This document shows positions 15,429 to 20,000 of a stretch of 20,000 bases of DNA, in pieces. The position numbers were made by a program, and so were the translations under genes. Origin of the DNA: an uncultured virus (IMG/VR IMGVR_UViG_3300037067_016944) (Duplodnaviria > Heunggongvirae > Uroviricota > Caudoviricetes); the IMG/VR virus record IMGVR_UViG_3300037067_016944, one strand, 5' to 3'. The first letter of the stretch is position 1; each line of letters opens with the position of its first letter. The notes under the pieces were generated by a model, which saw only the letters and a program-made list of their open reading frames with translations, did not search any database and was not told where the DNA came from.

Positions 15429-16457
15429 TTAATTCTGCAACAGCACCATCTTCCTATTTAATATTGGTATGATTGTGCCACCTCTATATCTTGATTGAAT
15501 AAGCGCATGCATATCGATGCCAGGATACATCCATTTATATTGTTCTTCTCCCTCTTCTGGCAGCTCATAGAGAAGCATATCAGATATCTTTTTAATTTGG
15601 TCTAATAAAGCTTCAAGCTTTTCGATTGGGTTTTCTTTAGCAAAATGATGAAACACTGCTAATGCAAAAACACAATCGAAATGTTTGGTGGTTTTGCTTG
15701 CAATATCGAAAATATTAGCGTTATATGCTTCGAATCCTAGTTTATCGAACAACATCTTTAACACACGATATCTGATGGGATTATATTCAACACCTGCCGC
15801 TGACTGTAGTAGATCCTTCAAGCTATATAGCACATGGCCGTGACAACTCCCAAGATCAAGAACTGATCTAATGCTGCGAACCTTCACAACATCTGCTATT
15901 TGTTGCTCTTTTAGATCATAACTGCAGCATGGCCAATCTATGATGTCTGGATGCGGGATAGCCTGATACATCATTCCTGGATATAACACCTTCAAATCAT
16001 TTAGTAGATTCTTCCACCCGTCTTCTCGTTCGCAAATCGTGAATTTAATTGGTTGGTGTGTAGCAAGCAAAATTGATATTCTGTGCATGCCATCCCACAC
16101 TCTTATTTCGCCATTACATCTGATTTTCACACATATAGGGCCGTAATAATAAGACACACCATTTATGACTTGTGTTGTTGGCTCTTCTTCTCTAAAATTC
16201 GGCGCTATCTCGAACAGATGCTTGAAATTATTGTACTGTCTGATAATATCTTTTCTAGTGCTCAACAACCCATTCCAAACACTACCATTTATCTCTAGTT
16301 GTGATTCTAGCCATTTGAAATATTCTGTTTCCTCTATCGGGATGTTGATGTTTCGTATCCATTGTTTGGCTGTTTTATAATGCGGTGAACTAATGATTTC
16401 ATGTTTTAAATCTTCACTCCATGGGTCGTCGCCTAGCTTAACCATTTTATATTGCAT
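15429..16457 (-). CDS. ParB/Srx-like domain fused to class I methyltransferase
   Basis: N-terminal half has GPICV...IRVWDGMHRISIL (ParB DGxHR). C-terminal half has SVLDLGSCHG, GVE and FDCVFALAVFHH. Confidence 0.75.
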   Translation of the reverse strand: MQYKMVKLGDDPWSEDLKHEIISSPHYKTAKQWIRNINIPIEETEYFKWLESQLEINGSVWNGLLSTRKDIIRQYNNFKHLFEIAPNFREEEPTTQVINGVSYYYGPICVKIRCNGEIRVWDGMHRISILLATHQPIKFTICEREDGWKNLLNDLKVLYPGMMYQAIPHPDIIDWPCCSYDLKEQQIADVVKVRSIRSVLDLGSCHGHVLYSLKDLLQSAAGVEYNPIRYRVLKMLFDKLGFEAYNANIFDIASKTTKHFDCVFALAVFHHFAKENPIEKLEALLDQIKKISDMLLYELPEEGEEQYKWMYPGIDMHALIQSRYRGGTIIPILNRKMVLLQN

Positions 16458-17098
16458 TATTTATTCCACCAGAGCCGTAGATCGTCATTGTAAGTTTCTT
16501 CAACGAGTCGTCGTAATTCTGGTGCATAATAACAAGCTGATGGTTTGTGTATGCTGATATTGAGATGTCCAAGATCAGGAAATCCAAATCGCTTCTGCAA
16601 GCCGGACCAGAAAGCACCTACTTCATGCATTTCTCGTATGACTTTAGCTACACATTTTCCCTCATAAAGTAAGAAATACGATATTGGCGTTATATGGGTA
16701 TCTAGGATTTCGTCTTCTGGTGGATTTTGTACGAGATTGCAGACAGTGCGGCAAAACACGTCAAATGGCTGGCCAGCTAACCGCTGCAACTGTGGTCCAA
16801 GGCATGGCCTTATTCCCGGTGTACAACATTTCTCCTGCCAGACTGATACTAGTCTGTCGAAAGGATTACGGATAATAGCCCATGTATACCAATCATCATC
16901 AAGTTCTGCTATCCATTTCATTGACTCGACATGGGGCCAAGTTCGACTATGGACCATTTTATATTTTTCAACTGGCTCTAATTTGAAGTGCTTTTCTAGA
17001 GCGCAGCGGATCGAGCTACATGCACACTTTGGGATAGAAACATGAGCCCACTTCTGCTTGTCATCTACAATAACTAGTGGAGGAAACTTCTTCGCCAT
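16457..17098 (-). CDS. Sulfotransferase family 2 protein
   Basis: 5'-PAPS-binding IPKCACSSI and 3'-phosphate-binding IIRNPFDRLVS, with C-terminal HLN and Y..D...W. Start moved to ATG 17098 (TGATG overlap). Confidence 0.85.
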   Translation of the reverse strand: MAKKFPPLVIVDDKQKWAHVSIPKCACSSIRCALEKHFKLEPVEKYKMVHSRTWPHVESMKWIAELDDDWYTWAIIRNPFDRLVSVWQEKCCTPGIRPCLGPQLQRLAGQPFDVFCRTVCNLVQNPPEDEILDTHITPISYFLLYEGKCVAKVIREMHEVGAFWSGLQKRFGFPDLGHLNISIHKPSACYYAPELRRLVEETYNDDLRLWWNK

Positions 17099-18756
17099 CA
17101 GTCGTACTGCCAGTTGCGAAAACACTTCTTGCAGGCTTCACACTGTTCGCCCGCTTTCATCTCTCTGAATCTTTGACAGTATTGGCTTTGCCAGATTATA
17201 CTGTCAGTTATCGTGCCATTTTCTTTTCTTGGTGGTGCTACGCTGTTGCAGATCGTTATTGATCTGTTCCCGTTTATGCCAATTGTCTTCCATGGGAACA
17301 AACAATTTCTTCTAACCTCATCTTTGGCTATGAGGATTGGATACCGTAATACGATGTCGGCATTTGGAAGAGCCTTGATGGCATCGATCAAGACTTGATC
17401 GTCTTTTGTCAACACCAAATCCCAGAACTTCGTATTTTCGCTGTCGTCAAAATGTGGGAGAATATTATGTAGATGAACCCCTTGTACGCCTAGTGATTTA
17501 GCTAATACTAGGAATTCTGCGATGTCTGATAAATTGTTTCTATCACAGACACGGGATAGGTAGGTTGGAATACCTATAGCAACACTAGTCCGAACGCCAG
17601 CTAATGTCTTCTCGAAAAGATTATTGCCGGTGATCCGCTCATATTCGGCGGCGTTGGATGCATTCAGACTTACTGATAAATAATCTGGTAAACACCCAGC
17701 ATCTCGTAGCCACGGCAGTCGCTCTGCTACGAGCGTTCCATTTGTGATAAGCCCGGCATATAGATTTTTACCATATGAATGCCACTGTTCTGCAGGTTTT
17801 TTGATATATTGCATTAGCGATATCAAATTCTCACACATAAACGGCTCACCAAAACCACAGATACATAGTGATTGAATAGATGGGAATCTAAATAGCAAAT
17901 CGTCTATGACACCAGCGGTCATATCTGGGAAGTCTTCTAGATCTTTGTGTTGCCGCCAGCAGAAGTTGCACTTCAGATTGCATTTGTTAGTGATATAGAG
18001 AGTGGCCGATGTTGGCTGCTCTAAAAAGCTCTGCATTCGATGGTATTCTGGTCGCTTAGCAGTGAAGTTCTTCTCACCGAGTTGTAGCCTCTTATCGCTT
18101 ACAACGCTAGTATAAGCACCTAAAAGTGCGAATAGGTTGGCTTCAGTTGGTTCTCTCTTGAAAATTTCAAAAAGCTTCTTCGGGAGACTTTCGAGCCACA
18201 CATAACCGAATTCTTTGAATTTCTCCATCAAGTTCAGATATCGCTCGAAGATGAGTTCGTTATTCCATAGCGGCGAGTGTTTACCGACAACATATTCATT
18301 CAGTGTATAGGTATATCCATCCGCTTTCATCCTGTCGAGTTGCTCGACCTCACATGACATATGGCTGAGGTCGTATGGATAATTCTTGAAGATCTCGAAT
18401 TTGTATATCTTGATACCATAGATGACGAAATCGATATGAACGTCCAATAAGCGAAAAGCGACCATCGAGCATTTAGGGTCTGTGCTAACGATAGTATTAT
18501 ACATCTTCTCGATGGCGTCAGGATTCAATACCATGTCCTCATCTACTTCTATATAGTAAGGCGTCTTACACCTTACCAACATCTGTTGGAAGGCAACAGA
18601 CATAGGACTATAGTCTCTAATGACATCGACTAGTACTTTGATGGTCTGAGTCTTCAACGCATCTAAACATAATTGAAGGTTCGGATTTGTCCCAGAACTA
18701 ATGACGAATGCTGTAATTTGTTTAGATAAGTCAGTGTTGTGTTTAACAACTTGCAT
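17098..18756 (-). CDS. GT2-like glycosyltransferase fused to radical SAM/SPASM(twitch) domain
   Basis: N-terminal GT-A (ITAFVI, CLDALKTQT, YYIEVDEDM with DxD). Radical SAM motifs CNLKCNFC, GFGEP, ITNG and SVSLN. C-terminal CLFPW...G.ITIC...CxxCxxC. Confidence 0.85.
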   Translation of the reverse strand: MQVVKHNTDLSKQITAFVISSGTNPNLQLCLDALKTQTIKVLVDVIRDYSPMSVAFQQMLVRCKTPYYIEVDEDMVLNPDAIEKMYNTIVSTDPKCSMVAFRLLDVHIDFVIYGIKIYKFEIFKNYPYDLSHMSCEVEQLDRMKADGYTYTLNEYVVGKHSPLWNNELIFERYLNLMEKFKEFGYVWLESLPKKLFEIFKREPTEANLFALLGAYTSVVSDKRLQLGEKNFTAKRPEYHRMQSFLEQPTSATLYITNKCNLKCNFCWRQHKDLEDFPDMTAGVIDDLLFRFPSIQSLCICGFGEPFMCENLISLMQYIKKPAEQWHSYGKNLYAGLITNGTLVAERLPWLRDAGCLPDYLSVSLNASNAAEYERITGNNLFEKTLAGVRTSVAIGIPTYLSRVCDRNNLSDIAEFLVLAKSLGVQGVHLHNILPHFDDSENTKFWDLVLTKDDQVLIDAIKALPNADIVLRYPILIAKDEVRRNCLFPWKTIGINGNRSITICNSVAPPRKENGTITDSIIWQSQYCQRFREMKAGEQCEACKKCFRNWQYD

Positions 18757-19742
18757 TATGCCATTCCGAAATGACGGTTGATTGTGTTTATATTACCAAT
18801 GTTTTTCTCAACGGCTGCTACAAAAGCGGTATCCCAGTAAGGAGATAAAACCTTCCAGCTTAATGATTTCTCAACCCGTTGCCTGTTTTCAAATCCTACT
18901 CGCTGCCGCAAGTCCTTGTTTTCTAGTGAGTGCAGGCGCTTGTTCATCTCTTCTACAACTAGTTTCTCTGGATTTACTGGCACGATCCAATCAGAATCCA
19001 GAATCATTCGGATAGAGCCGACATCAGTGCAAACTACCGGGATTCCACAAGCGCACGCCTCCAATACTACGCGTGGCATACATTCACTCAGGCTTGTCAT
19101 GACCAACACATCGATTGCGTTATAGAACCGCAACATGTGGTCAAGAGATCTCTCAATGAAAAATTGTTTTCCGTGTTGAGATTGTATCTCGACCTTAAAG
19201 TCGAGCCGGTCAAGTAGATGTAGTCTCTTGACGTCATCGTGCCTTCCAGCCCAACCAACGATCAGATTATTCACATATCTGCCATTACGCCTAGATAGTG
19301 AAGGGATTGGTAATTTCTCATTTGTAGGTCGCCATTTACCTCTCGCCCAAGTTGAAACCGGATCTCGTTTCAAAGGAACAAAGAACTCAGTATCTATTCC
19401 TTCTGGCAAGAAAATAGAAGGACACATATAATGTCCTTCACAGTACTTAAATGTCTGTGGAGAGATGCCGACAGCAAGGTCGAGATATGGGTATGGTTGT
19501 AGATTCTCTATAGGACCGGCATGACCACCGATAACTTTTACACCTTTGCGTTTAGCTCTGTTGCATAATTCAAGAGCTTCTGATGAAATATCAGGACCAT
19601 GAATATAGACTGCATCAAGACCGTCAAGCACGACTTCATTGTGTCTGAAGATAGTTAGATCGTGCTTGGTATATCGTTGTTGTTCTTTGTCAAGGAAATA
19701 ATATGCCCAGCCAAATTGATCAACAACTTTTGCAATCTTCAT
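18756..19742 (-). CDS. GT4-family glycosyltransferase
   Basis: Motifs EGIDTEFFVP, VGWAG and FYNAIDVLVMTSLSECMPRVVLEACACGIPVVCTDVG (E-x7-E). ATG 19742 preferred. Confidence 0.9.
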   Translation of the reverse strand: MKIAKVVDQFGWAYYFLDKEQQRYTKHDLTIFRHNEVVLDGLDAVYIHGPDISSEALELCNRAKRKGVKVIGGHAGPIENLQPYPYLDLAVGISPQTFKYCEGHYMCPSIFLPEGIDTEFFVPLKRDPVSTWARGKWRPTNEKLPIPSLSRRNGRYVNNLIVGWAGRHDDVKRLHLLDRLDFKVEIQSQHGKQFFIERSLDHMLRFYNAIDVLVMTSLSECMPRVVLEACACGIPVVCTDVGSIRMILDSDWIVPVNPEKLVVEEMNKRLHSLENKDLRQRVGFENRQRVEKSLSWKVLSPYWDTAFVAAVEKNIGNINTINRHFGMA

Positions 19743-19936
19743 TAGCAAGTCATTTCTTACTACTACCGTAGTTTAGTTGATTATCACCTTATGCCCTTGC
19801 CTGATATTTACTTTAGAATTTATTATTTAAGTATTTGGAATAGACCAGGACCCTTTTCCCGGCAGGGATAAATGGGAAATTCGTACGCTTTTCTGTCAAT
19901 ACTCAGTAACGTGAAAGTTGGAGTTCATGGAAGCTT

Positions 19937-20000
19937 TCATATCCCCGCACGGTCCAGGTCATAGGGTTCGATGTTGCCTGGTGTTTTTAGCAGCTTCTTA
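19937..20000 (-). CDS. Possible 3' end of a gene entering from beyond the window
   Basis: The only minus frame open from the edge reads KKLLKTPGNIEPYDLDRAGI-stop (TGA at 19937-19939). Confidence 0.35.
   Translation of the reverse strand, partial: KKLLKTPGNIEPYDLDRAGI

Noticed and set aside
15429..16457. DNA adenine/cytosine methyltransferase
   Set aside because: No DPPY/NPPY or PC catalytic motif; motifs fit small-molecule or sugar methyltransferases.
771..19431. Numerous 60-190 aa antisense or alternate-frame ORFs (e.g. 771-1112, 3682-4020, 7414-7848, 8023-8583, 12283-12663)
   Set aside because: They are nested within longer ORFs with better motifs or operon fit, have no recognisable motifs, and look like shadow frames.
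19894..19899. TTGACA on the minus strand as a sigma70 -35 box
   Set aside because: No TATAAT-like -10 at 16-18 nt spacing.
1..20000. Stop-codon reassignment, as seen in some large phages
   Set aside because: TAA, TGA and TAG all end plausible genes, and conserved proteins are full length under the standard code.
1..20000. tRNA, CRISPR array, intron/intein or transposon
   Set aside because: Spacers are short; no cloverleaf, regularly spaced repeats, splice-junction motifs or transposase/integrase motifs were seen by eye.

Overview
This is a densely coded, mostly minus-strand window that most likely comes from a large (jumbo/T4-like) phage genome. The support is a gp46/SbcC-type ATPase, a gp55-like sigma factor, many short orphan ORFs, tight TAATG/ATGA gene coupling and no bacterial housekeeping operon. 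It holds four blocks. (1) A nucleotide-metabolism block (about 2.3-6.9 kb) centres on an adenylosuccinate-synthetase homolog carrying the PurZ (2-aminoadenine/Z-genome) signatures. Its neighbours are a coupled xylose-isomerase-like TIM barrel, a degenerate DeoC-like protein and a Zn-ribbon/nucleoside-deoxyribosyltransferase-like protein, with no recognisable datZ or mazZ. (2) Two divergent sigma-like genes. (3) kamA (lysine 2,3-aminomutase) next to gp46. (4) A glycan-modification cluster: GT4, a GT2-radical SAM/SPASM fusion, a sulfotransferase, a ParB-methyltransferase fusion, a GT-B-like protein and a methyltransferase. Intergenic spacers share a TGTATT motif about 30 nt upstream of start codons, often enclosed by inverted repeats, and a second motif AAAATAT-N6-ATG occurs twice. 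All family calls come from motif recognition by eye; no database searches were run.
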